In this document: one piece after another, positions 59,001 through 64,000 of the stretch
Position numbering within the stretch: the stretch's first letter is position 1
Layout of the letters: each line of letters begins with the position of its first letter
From: an uncultured virus (IMG/VR IMGVR_UViG_3300027836_000010)
Lineage: Duplodnaviria > Heunggongvirae > Uroviricota > Caudoviricetes
Strand: one strand, 5' to 3'
DNA: 64,000 nt
IMG/VR virus record: IMGVR_UViG_3300027836_000010
Program-made: the position numbers and the translations under genes
The notes under the pieces: model-generated
Database searches by the model: none
Told to the model about the DNA's origin: nothing
What the model saw: only the letters and a program-made list of their open reading frames with translations

Positions 59001-59174
59001 TGACTTAGCATTTTGTCGGCCGATGTATCCGTTAATTTTTTTAACAGTACCAGGTTGTATTAATTGATCAACAGTGGCTTGTAAAAACTTTTTATTAGCA
59101 TCTGTTCTATAGTATTTAGGTAATAGATTTGCGCTAATTGACTTGTCGCCGCTTGGATTGATTTTATCCGCCAT
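44049..59174 (-). CDS. Giant 5041-aa baseplate wedge/structural protein
   Basis: Uninterrupted 15-kb ORF downstream of the gp6-like gene. It contains beta-propeller repeats, carbohydrate-binding-like W...Y..GDIV modules, GSGY repeats and VKPYRTK. Confidence 0.75.
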   Translation of the reverse strand: MADKINPSGDKSISANLLPKYYRTDANKKFLQATVDQLIQPGTVKKINGYIGRQNAKSSTGADIFIEAANTVRQNYQLEPGLTIKDDLGNTTFFKDYQDYINQLSVFGSNTSNHARINSQEFYSWDPHIDWDKFVNFQNYYWLPYGPDVIKIAGQQQEVTSTYTISIQAELDNNTYVFQPNITSVLQNPSIKLYRGQTYKFEINSPGNPFSIKTKRTLGTTNRYEIPQITGHAVELGVIEFTIPFNSPDILFYVSETDVNLGGVFQILSIDTNSSLNVTADVIGKTNYVLPDGTSLSNGMKVSFVGRVLPESYQSGQYYVEGVGTSIQLIHESILELVSSYTESEAILFDTTPFDSLPWSDATTFAGVKDYVVINRGGFDHNPWSRYNRWFHKDVIEDSATYNNKVPSYDQTARAVRPIIEFEANIRLFNFGTEASDNIDLIDSYTLDVMSNVEGQFGYNIDGIDVAQGQRILFVNDTDIRVKNRIYKVDFLILDGVRRIHLVDQGASPKDQVVLVKQGLQNQGLMYWYNGVEWKSAQQKRTVNQAPLFDIVDDNGVSYGNNEVYDGSTFTGTKLFSYKIGSGVNDSVLGFPLSYKNINNVGDIVFNFNIATDSFQYKSGSEIVSKNTNVGYLSKTLPNRELLYVNGWQLAITNTVQAAVRIYKGSNKVNNFDIDVYEDINNLTDLVVKVYINGLRLDITKWSVVDGAYYKKVVLVTDITTSDILTIKSYAKQAINSNGYYEIPNNLQNNPLNDEIGDFTLGEVIDHVGSIIENIPPGLDVSSESSNTLILGNQIYDQDHENIRDLGNITPYGTRFVQHSGPVSLSLYHITTETNNVIRAIEKSREDYNRFKKNFITTATSLGLTAEPVDYVNAVLQEINKDKPKTFPYYFSDMVPFSGSIRNELTVIDYRIKSYPLTNTFNLDTLSNQAVLVYLNGNQLLYKKDYTFDAQGFVIISASIVNDDIITIYEFENTNGCFVPQTPTKLGIWPKYEPKIYLDTSLVTPRTMIQCHDGSQILSYGDYRDDLILELEKRIYNNIKIDYNPDIFDINDLVPAYNRANVYSLTEFNEVLAFNFYKWVNLIDRDFTKPLSYDSENSLTFNYKNLATPDGASPLPGYWKGIYRWMLDTDRPNLCPWEMLGFTEEPTWWQSLYGPAPYTSDNLVMWSDLSEGLVREPGKPPVQLKKYVRPYLKNRIPVDESGNVISPLLAGLTSGVITNTTAGDFVFGDVSPVESSWRRSSHYPFSMLITFMLLQPSRTFGTLLDRSRIVRNLANQLIYKDTGLRIKPSDIILPSIYSSTTNVKTSGIINYLVDYILSDNLKSYQQYSYDLKNIVPRLSHRIGGFTSKEKFNLLLDSKTPLTSGSVFVPAEDYEIILNSSSPVKKITYSAVIITKFNDGWGVKGYSLIQPFFKYYEYTKTGTSINVGGISESYIVWATRSQFAAGKIVAFSNRYYRVKTLHTTTDVFNPVYYDLLPKLPIVGGLDAFIRQGWDKTTPITVPYGTKFRTVQEVVDFLIGYGEWLKDQGFVFDDYNTELGSITNWETSAKEFLFWTTQNWSAGEDSWEDWVQNQPVTLGSIVRYNGDYYQAIRNSEPSDIFIDEDYAKLDGLSTVGSSVISLSPAAGKLTFATPLCVVDDIRNPFNGYEISKVDGTQLPPNFLQNYREDNTVSYSPIDDGIYGATFYLVQKEQIVVLKNTTLFNDTIYQPTSGYRQERIKVSGYISTDWKGDFNVPGFIFDQAKVQEWTSWEDYALGDIVKYKQFYYTAKTFIAGTQSFVPSDWVKIDNKPEAKLLPNWTYKATQFTDFYSLDSDNFDASQQEVAQHLIGYQKRQYLSNIIQDDVSEFKFYQGMIVEKGTKNVLNKLFDVLSADGQESITFYEEWALRVGQYGANQAFENIEFIIDEAEVKSNPQGFELVNQLTSGETDFISRQTPNDVYLKPLGYNNNPFPTLANYVPYLRTPGYVRSSDVKFTLKTIDDVLSTDVSNFLEGNYVWVGFEGPSWNVYRYTNLNAVVKNLEFGITGLVITLADNVKNVLAGDIIGIDQASDYTGFYKVISVNSTKIVVSATFKSQPRVFSDQDRVTLARFVSQRFTSIDDAYPVVVNNNELLWTDDCGDGKWATWQYKPVYNLTEIVNSSPTSGTGYGRNVLINPNGTISAVSNNFGEIIVYDKTGPSAPWLQRQTITAPFISKNDGLYNPTSDSLTGDVLAISSDSQWMAVGTPLANNVASKFAGNWNSISTYGIGIIVVRNGNPYRAISVATNKDPLTTIVNYTNLPSVTSTETSPGAGAIFNVTANGSSYNVVIVNQGTNYSVGDTLVINGSNLGGSAPVNNLTMRVVSIVNGATTGPIASVAVAGTAKTFWTLISYIPVDSTGTNSTLNKQGVVSIYQKDNNNIFSLVDTILSPAPAENEQFGSNLVFGDNCLFVTGQSAVYRLTYLTAVKASSAYNPIGSSGTKIVVSNTSGIEIGMYLRGTGFESNQYVAAIDATTRSITIDAAPDSEPSGVIEFTVTSWTYDLANSFIEVDNQFGQAMAVSEDSSTLVIAAPGSGNLTARVYVYKQTQSNQYTPFWNIPGVDPKFGSAVAVSNDGQYLAISSIYSDGEALDQGNVAVYTRTANGYEFHQNLRNIKPEIALFFGTKIHFMNNAETIVVYSQGADNFVSTQFDTYSTTFDNGLTSFKDKDEDSGRIDIYDLYSTKWVYAESLLNSNDNSTGYCKGLAVGATQILVSAPNAIDQGYQSGKLFSYNKPTGTLSWSILHKENGRIDLKKIKRAFLYNKDTNKLVTYLDVIDPTQGKIPGIADQEIKYKTFYDPATYSSGTSEVNVDDGMAWTKPYVGTLWWDLRTAKFIDSHDESLIYRNSNWNTIFPGASIDVYEWVETKLTPDAWNNLADTEDGIVVGVSGTSLYGNSTYSIVRKYDNISKTFKNTYYYWVKNKKTIPNIPSRKLSAQDVVDLIENPRGYGYRYLALTGSNSFSLVNVKSLLEDTSIVLSIDYWTSPYTDKNIHSEWKVINNSSETTLPTPIERKWFDSLCGKDIDGRVVPDPGLPAKLKYGVENRPRQGMFINRFEALKQFIEQTNRVLKDKLIVENKNISTLDSFETEPSTLTGLYDSTLDSDAELRFANIGTFDKPSITPIIVDGRITGVNLINRGSGYIVAPYFTITGTGTGARLRATLDIRGRITGATIISSGYGYDDNTIITVRNYSVLIHSDSVANAWSIYAYEPTTQVWSRVQSQSYDVRKYWNYIDWYAVGYNEFTSVDYSINSLIELNSITPTINQLVKVRTTSLGTWMILEKYADSSSIDWTQSYKVVARQNGTLQFASNLYDFSNSQYGFDASLYDSSIFDNSASAELRIILDTLKNNILTDTFKQEYLNLFFASVRYAFSEQNYIDWIFKTSFVKAHHSVGELKQKVTYNNDNLSNFEDYIDEVKPYRTKIREYISAYDKLDSASLSTTDFDIPVVYENGILSPINTGVNNGIITADNSKITEYPWKHWYDTAGYSVTSLEIVDGGSGYLTSPTVRFISNSGTGTTARAFITNGRVNRIVLLTNGSRYLSAPKVIIDGGLSATGTPARAVAIIGNGVVRNNKVKIKFDRISQNYLVTNLTVTETFTGTGSRLQFPLKWVPDVRVGELKASGVTIGESKVLINNVETLRSNYTFSTIKSTSRGYTSYSGAITFDVAPSSNISISVTYIKDWSMLDAADRIQHYYDPATGELGKDLAQLMTGVDYGGVSVHGLNFDISSGWDSVPYYADKWASFDSTFDDYIVTVAANTHSFTLPYVPAAGSKMNVYYSSKNSDIYSADGFSTVYNFNVNDIYPPTVTVTTNLTLDGIVSPNVSGSSVIKMASVTGIKLGDIVTTIEPSGIATATTAGTNRITLSSTTGLVVGEFIKFRGTGFGNLQVTGYYIKSIVGNTITVSLVNGGANFVLMTATGSMTYSVVSTFGLNTKVLEINTTTKQVKLDQILFKNSKPSQIIKFSRVLVDPTDCTINPNGTVVLVDPIPVGSTIDITAFIDPVRLDDDNFVTTGAAKLDLETKETQLAVLVNTYSQLQDSKLTEENNLADLNNQLYTLQLELNSLNIILAGMSPSNPLYPGIVSQLNILTNTSIPAAEDAIATSTDDLATIDNNLATNATNRATKQLEVTAAQALYDSLPPIQNDSAIMQTIISDGVPDSLIDPTYKTFSVPGTFTVGDGDKFIWRKSSSDGAVSPQEADYDTSLSGGSFLATNLLSATGLAADDIIVDGDGFVTPTTSPATEEVVPGQVVDAVAIKIYDRPSSGSANIKVDSYIADGVTTSFVITQQPNSPTAVIVKFTEGQRDIDGILSSLSEIQTLTDDYTIDYKNRLVNFNTAPAAGKLVSIFSFGFNGSGILDLDYFIGDGSTTEFITKAPWVPSATYLVYVNGLPAEPGTPELFRTDASYDSADRFGLFFSIPPTAGSLINYVIVSGNEQTYSITKTQRFQGNGSDLYDLQYEVGDSLPVESKMLVRVDQRILKGPNQSFYTIAGTRVNYAVDPAKFLPYSLSIVDIVVYADGNLLQSGVDYIVDISGITVKINQSIRSRYLNKELIISVSQGQEYTYVPKTLLTPARIEFTQSYDSNQLIEVISSYKHDILNIQRTAVKTTSDLVLTVDTPAFYDYRNLAGGTIKLDRSVIDDNYVWVIKNGSLLTPSVDFKLNEDRQSIKLALYPDPADEFTIITYGSAVLTSGISYMQFKDMLNRTHYKRLNANKRTRLVNDLKYNDITIKVEDASNFDAPSIPNNKPGIIEIRGERIEFFTLTSQTVGTGLNAVTTWTMGQLRRGTLGTGVSRVHKLGSYVQDIGASETIPYIETSTIDQVKSDGTNIVPLSFVPGLYEETNASNVTTSWPSDIEVFVGGYSSVPWSSTVIYKVDDIVEVGSYTYRCVVEHTSSAVFTTDTAKWTFFVGNIRLKKKPYAVHNVNIHPESPEGNVSLPAEFTVDGESKQLVLTNKLEFGTRVTVVKRTLTPWDSTTSVLEDDSKIARFLKAAPAIWYANIGKYENTAGIPNNFDSEAGTYDSTIGTWDQG

Positions 59175-62100
59175 TGTTTGCTCCGTATGTAGAACTTGTA
59201 ATTTGTTGTGTAGACGAAACTGTAGACTCAGCTGTAGTTCCTGCTATCGATTTAATGTTTGTCGCTGTGATGCCTGAAATAATTTCAATATCATCGACTG
59301 TTGCTCCGTTAGCAAACAATTGATCACTGCCTGATTTAATTTCAAATAGACTACCAAAACTTAGGCCGCCAAGTCTAGGAACAATAACAAAGCTAGAAAT
59401 ATCAGGACTTAGTTGTGTTACAACATAAGTCGATAATTCCGTAAAATAAAATGTATCGCCAAAATCCCAATTTTCTAAAGCAAAAAATTCTTCAATAGCA
59501 GTTATAACTCTTGTTTTAATATCGTTGTCGCTGATAACTTTATTAGGATTCTTAATAACTTTAAAACTAGCTTGAACATCAGGAGTGGCTGCTGGCCCGA
59601 ATAGAATTTTATAATTTACTGGATGATATACAATTTCATCGCTGATTGATTTAATTAAATTCAATTGGTCTGCTACTAAATCATAAAGTTCGCTAGAGCT
59701 AGGTGGTAAGGGCTTAGACGAAATTGCGCCTGAAATCCACTGTCTAAACAAAATATCGTAAGATTTAGTTAAAACATAAATGTCAATAATATTACTTACA
59801 CCAGGATCGATGCGTGTTTCGTAGTCAGCATTGTGTATGTATTGAAACTTGATATTGTCGCGGCCCGCATGGATCTTGTAATCTAGTGTTGGGACAAATG
59901 GATTCTGCAAAGCAGTGTCTAATTTAACTACTGTTTTTGTATTGATAAAATAAAAATATTGTCCGTTAGGGTATTGTGATAAGCTACCAACAGATGCTTT
60001 ACTATATTTTATTAACACAGTACCGCTAGTATTATCAGCATATTGATAATCGTCCTGACCTTGACTTATTGTATATTTTGCAAAAATTTTATATTTGTTC
60101 TGTAATACAACACTGTTAGTTTCTGTGACGCTAGCCGGTGCTACAATATTTAAAAATAGTTCTGGATCGTCAACAATGTCATTATAATCTGAATCAGCAA
60201 ATGTTACTACTAATTTCTTAGTATCAACATATCCATCTAATCCAACATATTCGCTAACAATATCCCAAGGCTGATCTATTGTAAAGGGTAATGTGCTGTC
60301 TGGCTTAGTATTAATGCTCAACACGTTGATTGAATCTTTGATCATAGAATTGGATTTGCTATCGTAAATATTATTACTGCTGTCAAAATAGAATCTGATT
60401 TGTTTATCACTTTCAAAAATATAACGTTGAACACGGCTTGTTACTGTGTAAAATTCATTATCTGTTGTAAACAATAACAACCAACTAGCATCTTGTTTTA
60501 AATTAGTTTGGTCGCCTTGTTTACCTAAACTAAACTGGTTTGAAATATCTAAATTTAATTCAAATACAATTGTCCAAATTTGGTTAATTGCATCGTATCG
60601 TAGACCAAATGGCTTGTTAGCAGATATTAAATCAATCATGGTAGTAATAACACTACTATCGATTACTGTTCTCCACTTAGGAATAATTTGCGAAATGATT
60701 GCTCCGGATGGCACTACACGATTTAATGTAACTGGGCCAAACCCAGTGTCTAGCACGCCAGTATTAGCCGCTGTGCCATCGTCAATAACACTTACCACTT
60801 CAGCCCATATAGTTGTTACTGCTCCTGGAGTTGTATCAGCTCCAAGTAATAAAACATTGCCGTTTAACGTATCGAAGTAGCGGCCTGCGGGTGCTACAAA
60901 TTTAACTAAGCATCCTGCTTTAAAATATTTTAAATCTGTTGCTGTATACGAACCAACTTTATAAACAGTGTTGCCGTCGGCTGATACTACGGTACCGGTT
61001 GACGCAGTACTATCTGAGGTAACATTACGCCAAAGAATATCTAAGCTAGCAGTAACAAAATTAATGTACTGACTATAATAAAAGTTTCTTAAATTTATAT
61101 CTTTTAAAATATCAAATATATTATTATAAATTACGCCCTCGATATCTGTTTTATTCTGGTATGAAAACCGCAGTGAATTTTCATATTCTTCAGTATATAA
61201 AACACCGTCGTCAGCAAACAACGTAGTGCTACTGGATTTGCCTGTAGGGTCTGATAAATCAAAATAACGACTAATCCCAGAGCTAGTTCTATTGACTGCT
61301 TTGATTTTTGAAATTTGTGTACTGGCACTTAGTGGACTAATGTTATAGTCCTCTCCAGTAATCATACGATTTTGTGTATAGTATGTTTGCGGTGCGTTAA
61401 CTTTAATACTATCGCTGGTTTCAGTAGATCCAGCATTAGATACACTACTAGCTAACGCCATAGTTACTGTTAAGTTTTCTAGTTGGCCTGCCGCAGATGT
61501 GTAAGGAATACTGATGCTAACATTTCTAATATCCTGTGTATTAATAGAATAGTCTAGTCCGTTGGCAATACGATAATAGGTACGGAATGTTCCTAATGGC
61601 AAATTGCCAAACGTTCCGTCACTAAATTGCAAACTAATAGCATCGTTAGTTCTTGTAATGATGCTAAAAATATTTTTAATGTTTTTGTTTAAACTGTTAT
61701 AGATAATATTATTTGCTTCAAGATTAGAAACACTGGTCCACATTTCGCTTTCAATACCGTCTTGGTCTAACTTATAAAGCCACACATCATCATTGTTAAT
61801 ATTTTCTGCGTCAATATCTATTGACTCATTACTACTTGGTTGACTAATTGTAAACGAACCAGTTTGTAACGACCCTTGAACAAATCGCATAAAGAATCCC
61901 GAGCCGGCACTGCTTGCTCCGCGGCCGTCATCACGATAAATGTAAGAAATTGTATTATTGTTTTTAGGAGCTTCTTCGTAGATATAACCTTGACCGTTGA
62001 ACGTAGTGCTTACTACTTCAAAATCCATAGGGCGGCCAGCAACAGTCTTAGTAAACCCAAACACTGGTACTCCAGTTTCGATATTTTTAAATCTGTATTG

Positions 62101-62655
62101 TTCGGTTGGAATTCCGTAAATGTCTGCTGAATCCACTGGGTTGCCAAACTGTTGTGTTTTAGCCATGGCGGCATTTATTATTTTAATAAACTGGTCGTAC
62201 CAGTTGACATTGCTAGGGTCGTTCCAGTTGATAACCTGACCTGACATGTTTCTGCCGTTACTGTCAATAACACTTTCAGTAGTTTGTATGGTTGTAAATT
62301 TTAATAAACCGCTAGCACTAACTGTACGTTTAGCATTATAGGATAACATACGGGCTAAACGCAATACAGATTCGCGGCGAGATGCTAGTTCTAAGAAGTT
62401 GTCTCGGGCATTTAAGTCAACGCGGAAAGCTATGCTTTGGCCCAAGAACGCAATAAGATCAATTAGGGCAAGGTATTCGCTAGACTCGATGTAATCATTA
62501 AAATCTTCAGGATAATTTTGACGTATATAGTCAAGCATTGTACGGCGTAAATTCTCAAAGTCGTAGCTTTGAAAATCCGCATTTCGGAAGCTCTGATATA
62601 TTTTTTTCCAATCTTCGCTTACTAGTAATCTGTTTTGTCTAGTTGTTATACTCAT
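59164..62655 (-). CDS. Baseplate wedge subunit (T4 gp6-like)
   Basis: DFENLR...FNDYIESS...ARMLSYN and QNRMITGEDY. Confidence 0.8.
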   Translation of the reverse strand: MSITTRQNRLLVSEDWKKIYQSFRNADFQSYDFENLRRTMLDYIRQNYPEDFNDYIESSEYLALIDLIAFLGQSIAFRVDLNARDNFLELASRRESVLRLARMLSYNAKRTVSASGLLKFTTIQTTESVIDSNGRNMSGQVINWNDPSNVNWYDQFIKIINAAMAKTQQFGNPVDSADIYGIPTEQYRFKNIETGVPVFGFTKTVAGRPMDFEVVSTTFNGQGYIYEEAPKNNNTISYIYRDDGRGASSAGSGFFMRFVQGSLQTGSFTISQPSSNESIDIDAENINNDDVWLYKLDQDGIESEMWTSVSNLEANNIIYNSLNKNIKNIFSIITRTNDAISLQFSDGTFGNLPLGTFRTYYRIANGLDYSINTQDIRNVSISIPYTSAAGQLENLTVTMALASSVSNAGSTETSDSIKVNAPQTYYTQNRMITGEDYNISPLSASTQISKIKAVNRTSSGISRYFDLSDPTGKSSSTTLFADDGVLYTEEYENSLRFSYQNKTDIEGVIYNNIFDILKDINLRNFYYSQYINFVTASLDILWRNVTSDSTASTGTVVSADGNTVYKVGSYTATDLKYFKAGCLVKFVAPAGRYFDTLNGNVLLLGADTTPGAVTTIWAEVVSVIDDGTAANTGVLDTGFGPVTLNRVVPSGAIISQIIPKWRTVIDSSVITTMIDLISANKPFGLRYDAINQIWTIVFELNLDISNQFSLGKQGDQTNLKQDASWLLLFTTDNEFYTVTSRVQRYIFESDKQIRFYFDSSNNIYDSKSNSMIKDSINVLSINTKPDSTLPFTIDQPWDIVSEYVGLDGYVDTKKLVVTFADSDYNDIVDDPELFLNIVAPASVTETNSVVLQNKYKIFAKYTISQGQDDYQYADNTSGTVLIKYSKASVGSLSQYPNGQYFYFINTKTVVKLDTALQNPFVPTLDYKIHAGRDNIKFQYIHNADYETRIDPGVSNIIDIYVLTKSYDILFRQWISGAISSKPLPPSSSELYDLVADQLNLIKSISDEIVYHPVNYKILFGPAATPDVQASFKVIKNPNKVISDNDIKTRVITAIEEFFALENWDFGDTFYFTELSTYVVTQLSPDISSFVIVPRLGGLSFGSLFEIKSGSDQLFANGATVDDIEIISGITATNIKSIAGTTAESTVSSTQQITSSTYGANNGG

Positions 62656-62703
62656 GATTTGTCCTATATAACTATATTTATCGAACAGAATTATCTGGGT
62701 AGT

Positions 62704-63147
62704 TTATCCTAGCAATAAGCCGGCTGACTGGTCGAATTGTAAACGCATTGATTGCGATATGTTATAAGGCAAGTATGTTAATAAACACTCAATTTGTATG
62801 CCTGATTCGTAAGAAGTAACTAACACTTGGCTAGCACTGACTCGCGGATCATAGTTTATTATTTCGTTAACGTTATCTGTGATAATGTTTTTAAGCTCCT
62901 CTGTTAAAGGCTCAAATAGTAAATCCCAGATAACCGTGCCAAAAGTTGGGTTCATTAAACGCTCACCTTGTCGTATATGAAAGTGATTTAATAAGTCCTG
63001 CTGGATCAACTGAAAATCATATAGACTAAAATGCTCAGTATCGCCGCTTACGCTACTAAATCCTTTGTAGGTTTTAGGGATAATTTTTCCGTTATTAATA
63101 TTTGGTTTTAATACTATCTTGTTGTATAGTTGTGAGTTTGAGCTCAT
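62704..63147 (-). CDS. Baseplate wedge subunit (T4 gp25-like)
   Basis: GERLMNPTFG..IWDLLFEP...YDPRV. Confidence 0.88.
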   Translation of the reverse strand: MSSNSQLYNKIVLKPNINNGKIIPKTYKGFSSVSGDTEHFSLYDFQLIQQDLLNHFHIRQGERLMNPTFGTVIWDLLFEPLTEELKNIITDNVNEIINYDPRVSASQVLVTSYESGIQIECLLTYLPYNISQSMRLQFDQSAGLLLG

Positions 63148-63998
63148 GCGTTGTTTGCTCCTTCTTCTGGTTCTGGTGGGAGATACTTGTCAAACGTATC
63201 TGTAATTAGCGAGTACTTTTTCCAAGAAGCCGGGAGCGGGATCGCAGTAGCCGTATCTCTATCTGTCTTGGAAGGTATAAAACTCTGTGGGTCTAAATTT
63301 TCATGGTGCGGCCATGGTTCATGCATTGGTGCCCGCATTAAAATAGAGTCAATAGTAGCTCCTTCTTCTGCTGGTATTGCTATTGTTTGTAATGCTATTA
63401 CTGCTTCAGCCGCAGCCGTTGAACTATTCATATAAATTTTCCCAGCAGTTTCTCGATGGGTAACTTTACTGTTGATATGCGAGGTTCCGCCGCTAGTAAT
63501 TTTTGTATCAAGTACAGCTATGATTTCAACATTGTTACCTTCCGCATGAAATTTTTCGCCGGCTTTTAAATTAATGTTTCTAACTGCTTCTAAATTTATG
63601 TCTCTACCAGCAAGGATATTTAAATCATTTTTAGTATGAATGCTGATACTATCTTCGGCAAAAATATCAATTTTACCGTTACTGGTTAATTCAATCCATG
63701 TTGTACCTTTAGAATTACCAATGTAAATTAAATCTTCACTATTGTGTAATAAAATTTGATGGCCCGTTCTAGTACGAAGACGAATTAATTCATTATGTGG
63801 AATCGTAGTATCACCATCAGTTTCTTTTTGTTCAATACTAGCATATTCAGGAGGCCCTTCGCCTGCTGGCTTTTTACGAAGAAATTGATCATCTCCGTCG
63901 TCCATTACAAATGTGCTTCCGCCCAGCCTACTAACTGGCATATTTGATTTTTTATTTTTAGGGCCAATTTGGCCTCGTTTGCCTTTCTTATCAGTTAT
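63144..63998 (-). CDS. Baseplate hub/spike (gp5/VgrG-like), 5'-partial
   Basis: RTRTGHQILL, then beta-helix-like repeats; the frame is open to the window edge. Confidence 0.7.
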   Translation of the reverse strand: MTDKKGKRGQIGPKNKKSNMPVSRLGGSTFVMDDGDDQFLRKKPAGEGPPEYASIEQKETDGDTTIPHNELIRLRTRTGHQILLHNSEDLIYIGNSKGTTWIELTSNGKIDIFAEDSISIHTKNDLNILAGRDINLEAVRNINLKAGEKFHAEGNNVEIIAVLDTKITSGGTSHINSKVTHRETAGKIYMNSSTAAAEAVIALQTIAIPAEEGATIDSILMRAPMHEPWPHHENLDPQSFIPSKTDRDTATAIPLPASWKKYSLITDTFDKYLPPEPEEGANNA

Positions 63999-64000
63999 AC

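Noticed and set aside
33477..63435. Many short plus-strand ORFs opposite the structural genes, and minus-strand ORFs in the left half
   Set aside because: These are shadow ORFs fully inside longer genes that have recognisable motifs; they have no RBS or family signal.
1..64000. Alternative genetic code (stop-codon reassignment)
   Set aside because: Long genes, including one of 15 kb, are intact and densely packed under the standard code.

Overview
This window is a 64-kb piece of a large, AT-rich, T4-like (probably jumbo) myophage genome with two convergent halves. The + strand half (1-28268) carries replication and nucleotide-metabolism genes: family B DNA polymerase, a probable sliding clamp, RNase H/5'-3' exonuclease, a MoxR ATPase with a VWA partner, and ThyX. 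It also carries an unusually rich putative DNA-hypermodification locus. That locus has a DpdA/TGT-like transglycosylase, QueD, FolE and QueE (no QueC in the window), plus a UDP-sugar dehydrogenase, two further oxidoreductases, a GT-B glycosyltransferase, a purine phosphoribosyltransferase, a cupin and a 2OG-Fe(II) oxygenase-like protein. The glycosyltransferase gene has been cut after about 79 codons by a ~2.2-kb insert. The insert encodes a GIY-YIG-like homing endonuclease and an array of small translationally coupled ORFs, three of which end in an identical 25-bp junction. It finishes with a new promoter and a complete, divergent copy of the same glycosyltransferase. The - strand half (28216-64000) carries baseplate genes (gp5-, gp25- and gp6-like, and a 5041-aa wedge protein), tail-fibre/receptor-binding genes and a four-glycosyltransferase operon. 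I saw no rRNA, tRNA, CRISPR array, reverse transcriptase or integrase. All functional calls come from recognising motifs by eye; no database search was run.
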